Source: a virus | Taxonomy: Duplodnaviria > Caudoviricetes | DNA: 35,735 bases | Virus record (IMG/VR): IMGVR_UViG_3300007988_000724 | Span: 1 to 35,735 of that record | Reading direction: 5' to 3' (one strand) | Part shown: piece after piece, positions 18,561 to 27,848 of the stretch | How positions within the stretch are numbered: position 1 is the first letter of the stretch | How the letters are laid out: each line of letters opens with the position of its first letter | Made by a program: the position numbers and the translations under genes | Notes under the pieces: model-generated | What the model was told of the DNA's origin: nothing | Databases searched by the model: none | What the model saw: only the letters and a program-made list of their open reading frames with translations

Positions 18561-19139
18561 TTAATCAATATTTTTATTAATATTTTTCTTCACACCACGA
18601 ATATTAACCAATTCTTCCGGCCACTGCAAATATTCATTCCAATTCATGGACGGTACTTGAATGGGGAAGTTTCGTCGCTTATCAGCCAACTCATAATAAG
18701 TTGGTTTGTATGGTAGCATCTTGGGCTTCATTTCTCTATGATTTGCCTTCTTGGTATTACAAGCGGAGCAAGCACTCACCGAGTTATTCCAAATAGTTTT
18801 ACCACCGTGACTACGCGGTACATAGTGGTCTAGAGTTAATTCAAAAGCCTTTGATGAAAAATCCTTTTGACAGTATTGGCATTCGAAATTATCACGAAGG
18901 AATAAGTTGTATCTTGAAAAACGTACCGCCTTGCCAATCTTGACATAGTCACGAAGCATGATGATAGAAGGAACTTTCATACGAATTGATGGGCTGTTGA
19001 TTGACCAATCTGCATATGTGTCAACGATGCTAATGCGGTCTAAGAAATAGACTTTGATAGCTTCTTGCCATGTTAAGGTAGCGATTGGCAACACACTTAA
19101 TGGTTGTGCGTCTGCGTTTAAAACTAAAACATCCGCCAT
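18561..19139 (-). CDS. HNH endonuclease (McrA/HNH_5-like)
   Basis: VLVLNA; RDNFECQYC; LTLDHYVPRSHGG; NSVSACSACNTKK. Confidence 0.92.
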   Translation of the reverse strand: MADVLVLNADAQPLSVLPIATLTWQEAIKVYFLDRISIVDTYADWSINSPSIRMKVPSIIMLRDYVKIGKAVRFSRYNLFLRDNFECQYCQKDFSSKAFELTLDHYVPRSHGGKTIWNNSVSACSACNTKKANHREMKPKMLPYKPTYYELADKRRNFPIQVPSMNWNEYLQWPEELVNIRGVKKNINKNID

Positions 19140-19168
19140 TTTGGTAATCCTTCTTCTGCTTTACTTAC

Positions 19169-19196
19169 ATGATAACAAAAATATTGATTTTGTCAA
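19169..19196 (-). promoter_or_regulatory. Sigma70-type early promoter TTGACA-N16-TATCAT
   Basis: Perfect -35, TG extension, -10 TATCAT. A TATAAATA on the same strand lies at 19205-19212. Confidence 0.7.
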
Positions 19197-19214
19197 CTCA
19201 TAAATATTTATACA

Positions 19215-20378
19215 TTACCAACTATTAAAATTAACCAATGTGTATTTTTTCTCATTTAATTTTAAATCTGCGGTGGACAGAAATCCGCCCTTGCCGCACC
19301 CGGTATCCATAAAATAAACTTCTCCGCCGTCTTTGTTTTTTTCATGATATGGTTTGAATAAATTTCTTGGTTCGTGGCCCACGAAAACCGTCATATCTTT
19401 TGGTATTTCTGATATCCAAGAATACGCTGCATTGGATGCGTCTTCCCAATTTGGATTATCAATAAATTCGCCAAATAGTGCCTTTTTTTCTAATTCGAAT
19501 GGCAAAATTCTATTAACTTGGTATTGTTGCATTTCTGGTTTAAAAGCGGCATGAGCTACGAAAATATTTTCAGAAAAAATATGAGTAAACCCCAAATTCA
19601 TTAATGTTCTAAATTTAACTTCCCATTTTCTTTTTTCAGCAGTGCTAAGTTTTTTGATTTGTTCTATTGTTTGTTTATTTGCTTCGGACAAATGTATTTT
19701 TATATTTTTATTGTTTAGTTTATTTAACCATTTATAAATCTTTCTTTCGTGGTTACCTATAATAAATATTGCTTGATTGCGAATTACTAATTTGTATAAT
19801 TCTTCGATACATTCCAATGATTTGGGCCCAAAGTCTAATAGATCCCCCAAAAAGACCGGTAGATTATTTCTCATTGCTGACCAGAGCAAAACACTTCTCA
19901 TGTTTTCGTAATGGCCATGAATGTCTCCAATTATACTTATGCCGTTATAATTTAGAAATACATATGATGAAATAATAGGGCCCAGTAATTTATGTACAAA
20001 TGTTACTGGTCCAAACACAACTTGCCCTACTCCATCCCCTCGTTCAAGATCTTTATCGCCTGCTGCGGAATAACTATCAAATAGATAAAATATTTCAATT
20101 CCCAAATCTGTAGCAATATTTGTTATCTGCTCTCTTTCATGTTTTCTGAGAGTATGCGCGTTAACAATTACTTGTTCACCAAGCCATAATTTTACTTGAA
20201 TTCGTCTTTTAAGTTCGTGAAATATATCACTAGTCCCATAATATACTTCGGAATTTCCAAACATATCATTTTTAACAATGTCATAAGATATAACACCGCG
20301 CAATGAAACATTTTTGTTGTTAGCAAAGATATTATCACTCATAAAGTTTAATATCAAAGAATGCAATGGTATTTTCAT
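19215..20378 (-). CDS. Calcineurin-like metallophosphoesterase with degenerate N-terminal kinase-like region (Pnkp-like)
   Basis: GDIHG, GDLLDFGP, GNHE, HAA, GHE, DTGCGKGG. Confidence 0.88.
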   Translation of the reverse strand: MKIPLHSLILNFMSDNIFANNKNVSLRGVISYDIVKNDMFGNSEVYYGTSDIFHELKRRIQVKLWLGEQVIVNAHTLRKHEREQITNIATDLGIEIFYLFDSYSAAGDKDLERGDGVGQVVFGPVTFVHKLLGPIISSYVFLNYNGISIIGDIHGHYENMRSVLLWSAMRNNLPVFLGDLLDFGPKSLECIEELYKLVIRNQAIFIIGNHERKIYKWLNKLNNKNIKIHLSEANKQTIEQIKKLSTAEKRKWEVKFRTLMNLGFTHIFSENIFVAHAAFKPEMQQYQVNRILPFELEKKALFGEFIDNPNWEDASNAAYSWISEIPKDMTVFVGHEPRNLFKPYHEKNKDGGEVYFMDTGCGKGGFLSTADLKLNEKKYTLVNFNSW

Positions 20379-20420
20379 TATAGCCTCGTTTTATGTCTTA
20401 ATAGATATTGTAAAATTAAT

Positions 20421-20444
20421 AAATAAATAAATAAATAAATAAAT
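20421..20444. repeat. (AAAT)6 microsatellite
   Basis: Six perfect units just downstream of the kdsD stop. Confidence 0.9.
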
Positions 20445-20448
20445 CTAC

Positions 20449-21426
20449 TTAAAACCCCAAATTTACCAAATCGTGAATGTGTAATAATCCAACAACTTGA
20501 TTCAAATTATCAATTACCGGCATTGAAGTTATTCTATTTTTATTCATTATATGGATCGCATCAACGGCCAAAGTGTCTTCAATTGTAGTATGCGGTGCTG
20601 TTGACATAAAGTTATTGATGGTATGCATCAAAATATCAGCATTATGTTGTTGCTTTGACAAATATCGTCGTATATCACCGTCAGTAACCACACCAGCAAT
20701 CGTGTTATTTATTCCCAGTTCTTCTACTACAATCGCGCAGCCGCCTAGTTTTTCGGAAATTTTTAAAATAACTTCCTGAAATGGAGTAGATATGTCCACT
20801 ATTGCAACTTGATTTGCTGGCCGCATTACATCTTTTACCTTCACCAGCAATTTGCCCAACTTGCCGCCTGGGTGAAATTTGCTGAAATCAGTTTTAGTAA
20901 AGTTTTTATTTAAACAAACCGCAACAGATAACGCATCGCCTAACGCCAACGTCATTGTCGTAGAATTGGTTGGCGCTAAATTTAGTTTGCAGGCTTCTCG
21001 GTCAAGTGGAATTACCAATGTAATATCACTATATTTCCCTAGAGTACTCTCTACTTTTGAAGTTATGCCTATTAAAAATATTCCGTTTCGTTTGCAATAT
21101 TCAAGTATATCAAATAATTCTTTACTTTCACCAGAATTACTTATCGCTATTACTATATTATTGCCAGTAATAACCCCCAAGTCACCATGACTGGCTTCTG
21201 CAGGATGCAAATAAAAAGAAGGGGTACCCATCGAGGAAAAGGTGGCGGCTATTTTTTGCCCAATATGCCCACTCTTACCCATTCCAGTAACTATTACATG
21301 TCCGGGACATTCGATTATTTTACGGCAAGCAGATTCAAATTTATCATCTAAAGATTCTGATAATTTAATTAATGCTGTTGCTTCGTCGGCAATTACTTCT
21401 TTTCCTGTTTGTAAAAAGGTCATCAT
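20449..21426 (-). CDS. kdsD: Arabinose-5-phosphate isomerase, KpsF/GutQ family (SIS + CBS)
   Basis: GMGKSGHIG, HPAEASHGDLG, SNSGES, APTNSTT, FHPGGKLG, TDGDIRR, LHIHDL. Confidence 0.95.
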   Translation of the reverse strand: MMTFLQTGKEVIADEATALIKLSESLDDKFESACRKIIECPGHVIVTGMGKSGHIGQKIAATFSSMGTPSFYLHPAEASHGDLGVITGNNIVIAISNSGESKELFDILEYCKRNGIFLIGITSKVESTLGKYSDITLVIPLDREACKLNLAPTNSTTMTLALGDALSVAVCLNKNFTKTDFSKFHPGGKLGKLLVKVKDVMRPANQVAIVDISTPFQEVILKISEKLGGCAIVVEELGINNTIAGVVTDGDIRRYLSKQQHNADILMHTINNFMSTAPHTTIEDTLAVDAIHIMNKNRITSMPVIDNLNQVVGLLHIHDLVNLGF

Positions 21427-21431
21427 ACTCC

Positions 21432-21815
21432 TTAATGTAAAATATTATAATTTTCACCCAAAGAATGATAAACAAAATATTTCATCATATCTTCCTTATT
21501 TCTAAAAGTGAAATAAGTTATAGACAAATCCTTGCATAAATTTTTAGGAGGAATTATACTCCAGTTAGCTGATACTTTGGCTTGTTCTGTGACCTTTTCC
21601 AGTAACTCATCTATTTCAAATTCAGATAAGGCATTATGTCTACGTTCATCTACGCAAAATGAGATAAAATTAACAAAAGATGAATGATTTTTGGGGTTGA
21701 TATACGATGTATCAAACGCCCCCAAATCACTAAATATTTTTTCTAAAATCATACTTTGTTTTGGCAAACTGCCAACAATACTAAAGTAATAATCAAAGTT
21801 TGTTTTATTTTTCAT
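21432..21815 (-). CDS. Hypothetical protein
   Basis: 127-aa ORF in operon context. Confidence 0.7.
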   Translation of the reverse strand: MKNKTNFDYYFSIVGSLPKQSMILEKIFSDLGAFDTSYINPKNHSSFVNFISFCVDERRHNALSEFEIDELLEKVTEQAKVSANWSIIPPKNLCKDLSITYFTFRNKEDMMKYFVYHSLGENYNILH

Positions 21816-21847
21816 TTTTATTTTTATTATCTAACACTTTATTTTAT

Positions 21848-22132
21848 TTAGTATATTACCTTTTTATTCTTTTTTCTATTTTTTATTTTATAAAACACAT
21901 TATCCAATTCTGATATTTGGTCGTATAAACTTAATTCATGTAGGTATTCGGGAATAGTTATTTTTATTTTATTATAACCGCTGTGCCTGGGGTTACAGCA
22001 CGAATAACAAGAACAACTGGCCATATGGTCAGCAAGTTTAAAAGCCTCATCGTAATGAACCATTGCTCGCATTGCTTTACGCTTCATACGTTCTTTGTTA
22101 CAACGGCGCAACGCTCTTTTGAAGTTTTTCAT
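21848..22132 (-). CDS. Small basic protein with CSCxxCxNPR motif
   Basis: Arg/Lys-rich N-terminus, HMASCSCYSCCNPR; possibly zinc-binding. Confidence 0.7.
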   Translation of the reverse strand: MKNFKRALRRCNKERMKRKAMRAMVHYDEAFKLADHMASCSCYSCCNPRHSGYNKIKITIPEYLHELSLYDQISELDNVFYKIKNRKKNKKVIY

Positions 22133-22145
22133 GATTTTTCAACTT

Positions 22146-22607
22146 TCATAAACTATATACATTAATATTTACCATAGGATGTAAGTTATTGATGTTTAAT
22201 ATAATTTTTTCAATAAAACTCCAATTACCGCCGCCTAGTCCCGCTCCTATTTTGGGCAAAGTGATATTGGTAATATTATTATCATCTGCATATTGCATTA
22301 CCGTTTTGATGGATTTTTCTATTGCTTCATAATTAACATACTGACGACCGTCACGCCCATAATTTTGTTGCGTAATACAATTTGCTATTATTGGTTGGGT
22401 TTTATCCCCCTTTGCGAATATAACGTCGCCTAGTTGTAACCCATTTTTTGCATAATAGTCCATATACCCGGCATATGAATACGGGTATGTTTTCCTGAGC
22501 AATCCAGCAACGCCTGATGCAAATTTACCACGCGCATTACAGCCATGTGCCCATAGGTTGTCAGATGATGTTAAAATATCTGCATTTATATAATTAACTT
22601 GTTTCAT
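22146..22607 (-). CDS. Macrodomain (ADP-ribose processing) protein
   Basis: HGCNARGKFASGVA, IANCITQ, PKIGAGLGGGNW. Confidence 0.92.
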   Translation of the reverse strand: MKQVNYINADILTSSDNLWAHGCNARGKFASGVAGLLRKTYPYSYAGYMDYYAKNGLQLGDVIFAKGDKTQPIIANCITQQNYGRDGRQYVNYEAIEKSIKTVMQYADDNNITNITLPKIGAGLGGGNWSFIEKIILNINNLHPMVNINVYSL

Positions 22608-22935
22608 TTAATATTGCGTCTAACCCTACCATCTTAGTATAAAATGCATCATCTGCATTTTCAAAATATATTATTAATACTGATTTCATATTAAAAATAT
22701 CTGTTATGGTATTTGTGTCGCCATCGGTCAATCTTGTATAAGTTGTATAATACCGGTGATTGGTATTTTTGCGTAACCAATCATTTACTTTATTTAAAAC
22801 TTTATCTATTTCATCCGAGTTATTAATTGTAAAAAAAGTATATATCCATGTTATAGGTATTATGCCATTTTGTTTTTTATCATGCAATTCTTTAATAGGT
22901 ATTTCTAGATTATGAAATTTAACAATTTTATCCAT
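22594..22935 (-). CDS. Hypothetical protein
   Basis: Start re-called at MDKIVKF (22935) to avoid overlap with the VWA gene; FENADDAFYTKM tail typical of small phage proteins. Confidence 0.65.
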   Translation of the reverse strand: MDKIVKFHNLEIPIKELHDKKQNGIIPITWIYTFFTINNSDEIDKVLNKVNDWLRKNTNHRYYTTYTRLTDGDTNTITDIFNMKSVLIIYFENADDAFYTKMVGLDAILNETS

Positions 22936-22942
22936 TTGTGGT

Positions 22943-22962
22943 GAAAGGCCGTTAGGCCTTTC
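22943..22962 (-). other. Perfect 8-bp stem-loop with the VWA gene stop codon in the loop
   Basis: GAAAGGCC-TAAC-GGCCTTTC on the minus strand; no U-tract follows. Confidence 0.6.
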
Positions 22963-24220
22963 TCCTCTTTGCTCTATGGTCGGTGTAATACGCATAGCTT
23001 CCCCAGGGCGGAACAATGCTTTCGCTACCGTGGATAATAAACAACGTATCGCAAAAGCCTTCGGTGCCCCACGTCCCGCAAGGATAACCATCGGTAAACA
23101 TTACCATAGTATTTGGTTCAATGTCGTTATCTTCCATGAACTGAAATACTGCTTCAAATGCGGTGCCGCCGCCGCCCTTGATTTGGTACCCCAAGATTTC
23201 TTCTGCGTTATCCCGTGTGAACACCTTATAATTATACACACGGGTATCAAAGGTAGCGACACCAAGTCTAAACTCGGGGAACATATCCATAATACCCTTG
23301 ACTTCGCCCAAGAAATCCCTCACCATTTCATCCGAGATAGAACCCGAAACGTCGATAAATACTTCAATATCAATCGTTTCGCTGTCTGCCTGGCCCGGAA
23401 GAATGCAACCGGTTGACCAAGTTCTGCGGCTCAATCTACGGAAAGTATAGTCATCTCGGATGCTGCTCTTGATCTGCATTTCCAACAGTTCACGCCAGTC
23501 CATCTTTGGCTCAGTGATATCCTTAATGAGTCGCAGGATGCCAGCCGGAACTTTGCCTGCAATCTGTTGAGCAGCACTGATTACCGCAGCACGAACTTCG
23601 TTGCGAATTTCGTTCAAATCAGCTTCGGTAAGCTTTGGCGGACCATCTTCGCCAGTAACAGAAACAGTTACGGTCTTTTTGCCATTACCATTTCCATCCT
23701 TGTCGCCATCGCCGTCCCCATCGCCGTCCCCATCGCCGTCCCCATCGCCGTCCCCATTAGCTTCCAAATGCATATCGATTGTCATTTGGATTTGAACCGA
23801 ATTTTGCTTCAGCATTTCATACACTTCTTCTGAAGTAAGCTCATCAGTATACTTTTCCGAAAAAAGGCCACCTTTAATCATGTCGCCAATGCGCTCTTTA
23901 ACTAGGGTATAGTTAACAATATAATCGTTGGCCATATTCCAAACCTGCGGATCACGAGATGATCTACGACCAATGTGGTCGTATACGCAGTGAAGAATTT
24001 CATGCCCAACTAGAAATACCAGTTCCTGCCTTGTCAACTTTTTGATAAATTCTCGGTTATAATAAAATTTGCGTCCATCGGTCGCAGCGGTTGGACACCA
24101 TTTGGTTGCATCAACCAATTCAAGACGTGTTGCAAGATTACCAAAAAAAGCGTGGTTAATCAAGAGATAAACACGAGCCTGAACAATTGCAGCAATCACT
24201 GGATCATTCATATCAACCAT
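22952..24220 (-). CDS. Metallopeptidase-like + VWA domain protein (DUF2201-type, MoxR partner)
   Basis: TAATDG, HEILH (HExxH), WNMANDY, acidic DG linker, DVSGS MIDAS, GGGGT, FTDG. Confidence 0.92.
   Translation of the reverse strand: MVDMNDPVIAAIVQARVYLLINHAFFGNLATRLELVDATKWCPTAATDGRKFYYNREFIKKLTRQELVFLVGHEILHCVYDHIGRRSSRDPQVWNMANDYIVNYTLVKERIGDMIKGGLFSEKYTDELTSEEVYEMLKQNSVQIQMTIDMHLEANGDGDGDGDGDGDGDGDGDKDGNGNGKKTVTVSVTGEDGPPKLTEADLNEIRNEVRAAVISAAQQIAGKVPAGILRLIKDITEPKMDWRELLEMQIKSSIRDDYTFRRLSRRTWSTGCILPGQADSETIDIEVFIDVSGSISDEMVRDFLGEVKGIMDMFPEFRLGVATFDTRVYNYKVFTRDNAEEILGYQIKGGGGTAFEAVFQFMEDNDIEPNTMVMFTDGYPCGTWGTEGFCDTLFIIHGSESIVPPWGSYAYYTDHRAKRRKA
23706..23757. repeat. 12-bp tandem repeat x4 encoding (GD)n linker
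   Basis: CCATCGCCGTCC at 23706, 23718, 23730 and 23742. Confidence 0.95.
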
Positions 24221-24248
24221 AACATTCTCCTATGTTTTTACTCTATTA

Positions 24249-24276
24249 CTTATAGCATATCTGTGAAATTTGTCAA
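24249..24276 (-). promoter_or_regulatory. Sigma70-type early promoter TTGACA-N16-TATAAG for the VWA gene
   Basis: TTGACA AATTTCACAGATATGC TATAAG; AGGAG RBS downstream. Confidence 0.65.
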
Positions 24277-24606
24277 ATAGCTTTCCTCAAAATTTTTCTG
24301 ACTTAATTTCAAAAATACCAAGTTACTTTTCGAAGCATATACGGTGAACATACCTATTGCCAAACTTACAGTAATACCAATTAAGTTATGTGTTGTTATT
24401 GCTTCTATCATTATTTTCGTATAAAAGTAAAATTTATCCATAACTGTTCCAGAAAAAGTTTCAGAATATACCCTATAAATTGATTCTGAATTCCATTTAT
24501 GAGAATCTTTTATTATTTTGGTCAGTTTATTAATGAAATATCGCCTAACTTCACTAATCAATTTTTGATTAGTTGGTCCTGTAAAAAAGTACTCTCGTTT
24601 TTTCAT
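24250..24606 (-). CDS. Hypothetical protein
   Basis: 118-aa AT-rich ORF between the AAA and VWA genes. Confidence 0.6.
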   Translation of the reverse strand: MKKREYFFTGPTNQKLISEVRRYFINKLTKIIKDSHKWNSESIYRVYSETFSGTVMDKFYFYTKIMIEAITTHNLIGITVSLAIGMFTVYASKSNLVFLKLSQKNFEESYLTNFTDML

Positions 24607-24616
24607 ACAACTGCCT

Positions 24617-24646
24617 AAAAAAGGTTGGGGGAGTTTCCTCCCCCAA
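24617..24646 (-). terminator. Rho-independent terminator after the AAA ATPase
   Basis: TTGGGGGAG-GAAA-CTCCCCCAA followed by CCTTTTTT on the minus strand. Confidence 0.85.
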
Positions 24647-24683
24647 GTTAGGCATCTTACTTACGCTGATTGGACCCCGTCGA

Positions 24684-25808
24684 TCAACCGGCCTTGAGGA
24701 TCAAATTCTGATAGCGCGCTGCGAAAGCGGCAAAACTTTTGAGCTTGTTGGGGTATAGCGGCAACCTAAAAATACCCAATGCGGTGCGAGCGCCAAGAAT
24801 GCACAGTTCGGGTTGGAAGTTATCAAGCATGAAGCTCAAAAAGTTATCGCCCATCTTATACCAATCCTCAATCTTGCCCTCGCGTTCGGCCTTGGCATGT
24901 GCCTCACGAAGTTCGTAGCACAACCCAGTGGTAAGCGCATACATTACGGAAATTTCCTTGCTCTTGAGCTCGGTGATCTTACCGGAAAGAATGTCGCTGG
25001 GGTTAGGCAAGTTAGCAGCGGTCTTACGATACTGCAAGAATTTAATCGCAACACCTTCACCAACAGCACCAGCAATCAAGCTGAGCAATACGTTTTCGGC
25101 GAGGTTCGGGCTGTTCTTCACGATATCGCTTACGAACTCCCAAGAACGAGGAGTTGGGAAACCACGACTTGCACTGGTGGGGTCAAACTCAAACAGTTCT
25201 TTCTTCTGGAAGGTCAGATAACCCACAACGTTCTTGTCGAAAGTCTTGCTGAGAGCGTGTTCCTGCCAGTCATCAAAGTCCACACGAAGTTCCAAGTGAA
25301 CGAACCGGTTCATAAGCGGGGTTGGCATCTTAAACGTACTACCACGGTCGGTTTCACGGTTACCAGCAGCCATAACGAAATCTTCGCGACCGAGGAAGAA
25401 ATCACCAATTCGACGGTCAAGCACAATCTGATAAGCAGCGGCCTGAATGCTCTGAGGAGCAGAGTTCATTTCGTCGAACATGTAGAAGGCCTTGCCGCCA
25501 CCTTCCTTGAGTGTCTGGCGTCGATAGAAGTGGGGCGGGCTCCAACGAGCAACAGCGTTGCCATCCTCATCGGTGCTGGGCACCGGAATACCACGAAGGT
25601 CAGTGGGGTCCATCTGGCTGAGACGGATATCTTCGAAAAAGTTGAAGCCAAGTTCATCAGCAACCTGACGAGAAATCTGGCTCTTACCAATACCGGGAGG
25701 ACCCCATATGAAAACCGGACGACGAACTGAGGCGGCGTGCTGAAGCGCGGCCTTGAACTCACTGGGCTTTAGCGTGATGCTATCAACGCGAGCACTATTC
25801 TTAGACAT
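24684..25808 (-). CDS. MoxR-like AAA+ ATPase
   Basis: GPPGIGKS Walker A, FDEMN Walker B, AAGN sensor, NRF Arg finger, PTPRSW; AAGGA RBS. Confidence 0.93.
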   Translation of the reverse strand: MSKNSARVDSITLKPSEFKAALQHAASVRRPVFIWGPPGIGKSQISRQVADELGFNFFEDIRLSQMDPTDLRGIPVPSTDEDGNAVARWSPPHFYRRQTLKEGGGKAFYMFDEMNSAPQSIQAAAYQIVLDRRIGDFFLGREDFVMAAGNRETDRGSTFKMPTPLMNRFVHLELRVDFDDWQEHALSKTFDKNVVGYLTFQKKELFEFDPTSASRGFPTPRSWEFVSDIVKNSPNLAENVLLSLIAGAVGEGVAIKFLQYRKTAANLPNPSDILSGKITELKSKEISVMYALTTGLCYELREAHAKAEREGKIEDWYKMGDNFLSFMLDNFQPELCILGARTALGIFRLPLYPNKLKSFAAFAARYQNLILKAG

Positions 25809-25842
25809 ATTTAATTCCTTTCGTTTGCCTAACTACTCCGTT

Positions 25843-25870
25843 ACAATAGCATCTATATGATATATGTCAA
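25843..25870 (-). promoter_or_regulatory. Sigma70-type early promoter TTGACA-N16-TATTGT
   Basis: TTGACA TATATCATATAGATGC TATTGT with a T-rich upstream tract. Confidence 0.65.
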
Positions 25871-25913
25871 CACACAAAAATTAAAAAATTTTACTTTTTC
25901 CTATACCCAGTAC

Positions 25914-25921
25914 TATAAATA
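25914..25921 (+). promoter_or_regulatory. T4-type late promoter TATAAATA
   Basis: Exact octamer 24 nt before the 25946 start (GAGGA RBS). Confidence 0.6.
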
Positions 25922-25945
25922 AAACGTATGCATTGAGGACCGTAT

Positions 25946-27493
25946 ATGTTTGAAAATATCAACCTTTCGTCTTTTTTTAGAAAATCAGAAAATAAAGCAT
26001 TATTTAATGAAATTATAGAAAAAACTAAATTTCTTAATGAAGACAACCCATCCATAAGGCATCGTCTTTGGCACTACCAATCTAACCAAAAAAATAAACC
26101 AGTGTGTTATTGTGGTAATTTGGTTAAATGGAGTGAAAAAATGCAAAATTATAGAACATATTGTTCACAAAAATGCAAGGCTAATTCAATCGAGTGGAAG
26201 AATAAAATAGAAATAACCAATATGAAAAGGTACGGGGTTAAAAGTACATTAAGTAACCCAGATACTAAGGAAAAAATTAAAAATTCACTTATGTTAAAAT
26301 TTGGGGTTGATAATCCTTTTTCTAGTTTAGAAATTCAAAATAAAATTAAGAATACCAATCTATTAAATTATGGCTACACTAATCCGAGTAAATCTCAAAA
26401 AATAAAGAATAAAATAACAGAAACACATTTATCAAAATATGGCTTTGGTAGAGCATCTCAATCACATATATCAGACTATATTTGGAATATATTAAACTCG
26501 AAAAAACTATTAAAAGAAAAATATTTAGAAAGTTTTTCGGGAAATGATTTAGCTAAAGATTTGGGCATTTCGCCCTGGCTGTTGTTTAAACAACTGCATA
26601 AATTAAATATTGATTTGAAACCCTGCGTTCAATCAAAAGAAGAAAAAAAAATAATTGAGTTAATTAAATCTATTGGTGTTGAAAATATTGTTATACAAGA
26701 TAAATCAATTTTATTCCCACAGGAAATTGATATTTATCTCCCCGATTATCAAATAGGTTTTGAAATAAATGGAATTTATTGGCACTCGGAATCAAAAGGA
26801 AAAAATAAGTATTATCATCGTAACAAATCAAAAAAAGCATATGAAAACGGAGTTAAGCTCATTCATTTTACAGACATTGATATTAACCAAAATTTTAATA
26901 AAGTAGAAAACAAAATCAAAACTTTATTAAAATTAAATAAAAAAATATATGCAAGAAAATGTATTATTAAAAATGTTGAATTAAAAGATGAAATATCATT
27001 TCTAAATAATTATCATTTTCAAAATTATGTTCCATCAAAAATTTGTCTTGGGTTGTATTATGAAAATGAATTGGTATCAGTAATGAGTTTCGGGAAATCA
27101 AGATACAATAAAAAATATGATTGGGAGTTATTGAGATTTTGTTCAAAAAATAACATTAACATAGTAGGCGGAGGATCTAAACTTTTTAAGTATTTTGCAA
27201 AAACGACAAAGGCAGTTAACTGTATATCATATTGCGATCTTAGTAGATCATTTTTTGGGTCTTTTTACTCAAAGCTAGGATTTTATCAAATTAATACGGC
27301 AACTCCAAATTATTATTATACAAAAAATTATATTACCTTGGAGTCAAGACTTAAATATCAAAAACATAAATTGTCAAAAAATTTAAAAGATTTTAATTGT
27401 AATTTGACCGAATGGCAAAATATGAGTAATAATGGCTGGGATAGATATTGGGATTGTGGAAATTCTGTATGGGCATGGGCTGCTAAATATTAA
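25946..27493 (+). mobile_element. Free-standing homing-endonuclease-like gene (Hef-like / PD-(D/E)xK)
   Basis: CxC...YCS..C, repeated KxYG/FG segments, EIDIYLPDYQIGFEINGIYWHS nuclease motif, C-terminal IYARKC...ELLRFC...GGGSKL domain. Opposite strand to all neighbours. Confidence 0.75.
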
Positions 27494-27848
27494 GATACCC
27501 GTCAGAAAGTTTTAACTGCATTGATAAATTTAAACAACTGGTGCTGAATATATTTGAAAATTCATTATAATGGTATGGGTATTTCTGTGTTCGATCCAAC
27601 CAAATGATGTGTTCGGTAGTAAAGGGTGTATTATATAGGTTAAAATCATAAAATTTTATTTTGTCTTTTAAAAAGTTATATCCAATAATGGTTAAATTCA
27701 AATTGTTATACCCAGTGTTTTCTCTATAATTTTTAAAAATTAATCTTGCTAATTGCACATTAGATTTATCTTTTATCATTGGATAGTCATGCAAAATTGC
27801 ATCTTTTATTAAATCAAAAACAATTTTTTGAGTTTTATTCATCATCAT
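27483..27848 (-). CDS. Hypothetical protein
   Basis: ~120-aa ORF; GAGGA RBS inside the upstream gene end. Confidence 0.7.
   Translation of the reverse strand: MMMNKTQKIVFDLIKDAILHDYPMIKDKSNVQLARLIFKNYRENTGYNNLNLTIIGYNFLKDKIKFYDFNLYNTPFTTEHIIWLDRTQKYPYHYNEFSNIFSTSCLNLSMQLKLSDGYLNI

Noticed and set aside
22936-23091. N-terminal extension of ORF 22594..23091
   Set aside because: Overlaps the VWA gene in another frame; ATG at 22935 fits better.
23567-23833. Plus-strand ORFs with (IAVP)n and (SP)n repeats
   Set aside because: Antisense readings of the (GD)n linker repeat.
24813-25730. 305-aa plus-strand ORF antisense to the AAA ATPase
   Set aside because: Codon-aligned shadow of a strongly biased, GC-richer gene; no motifs recognised.
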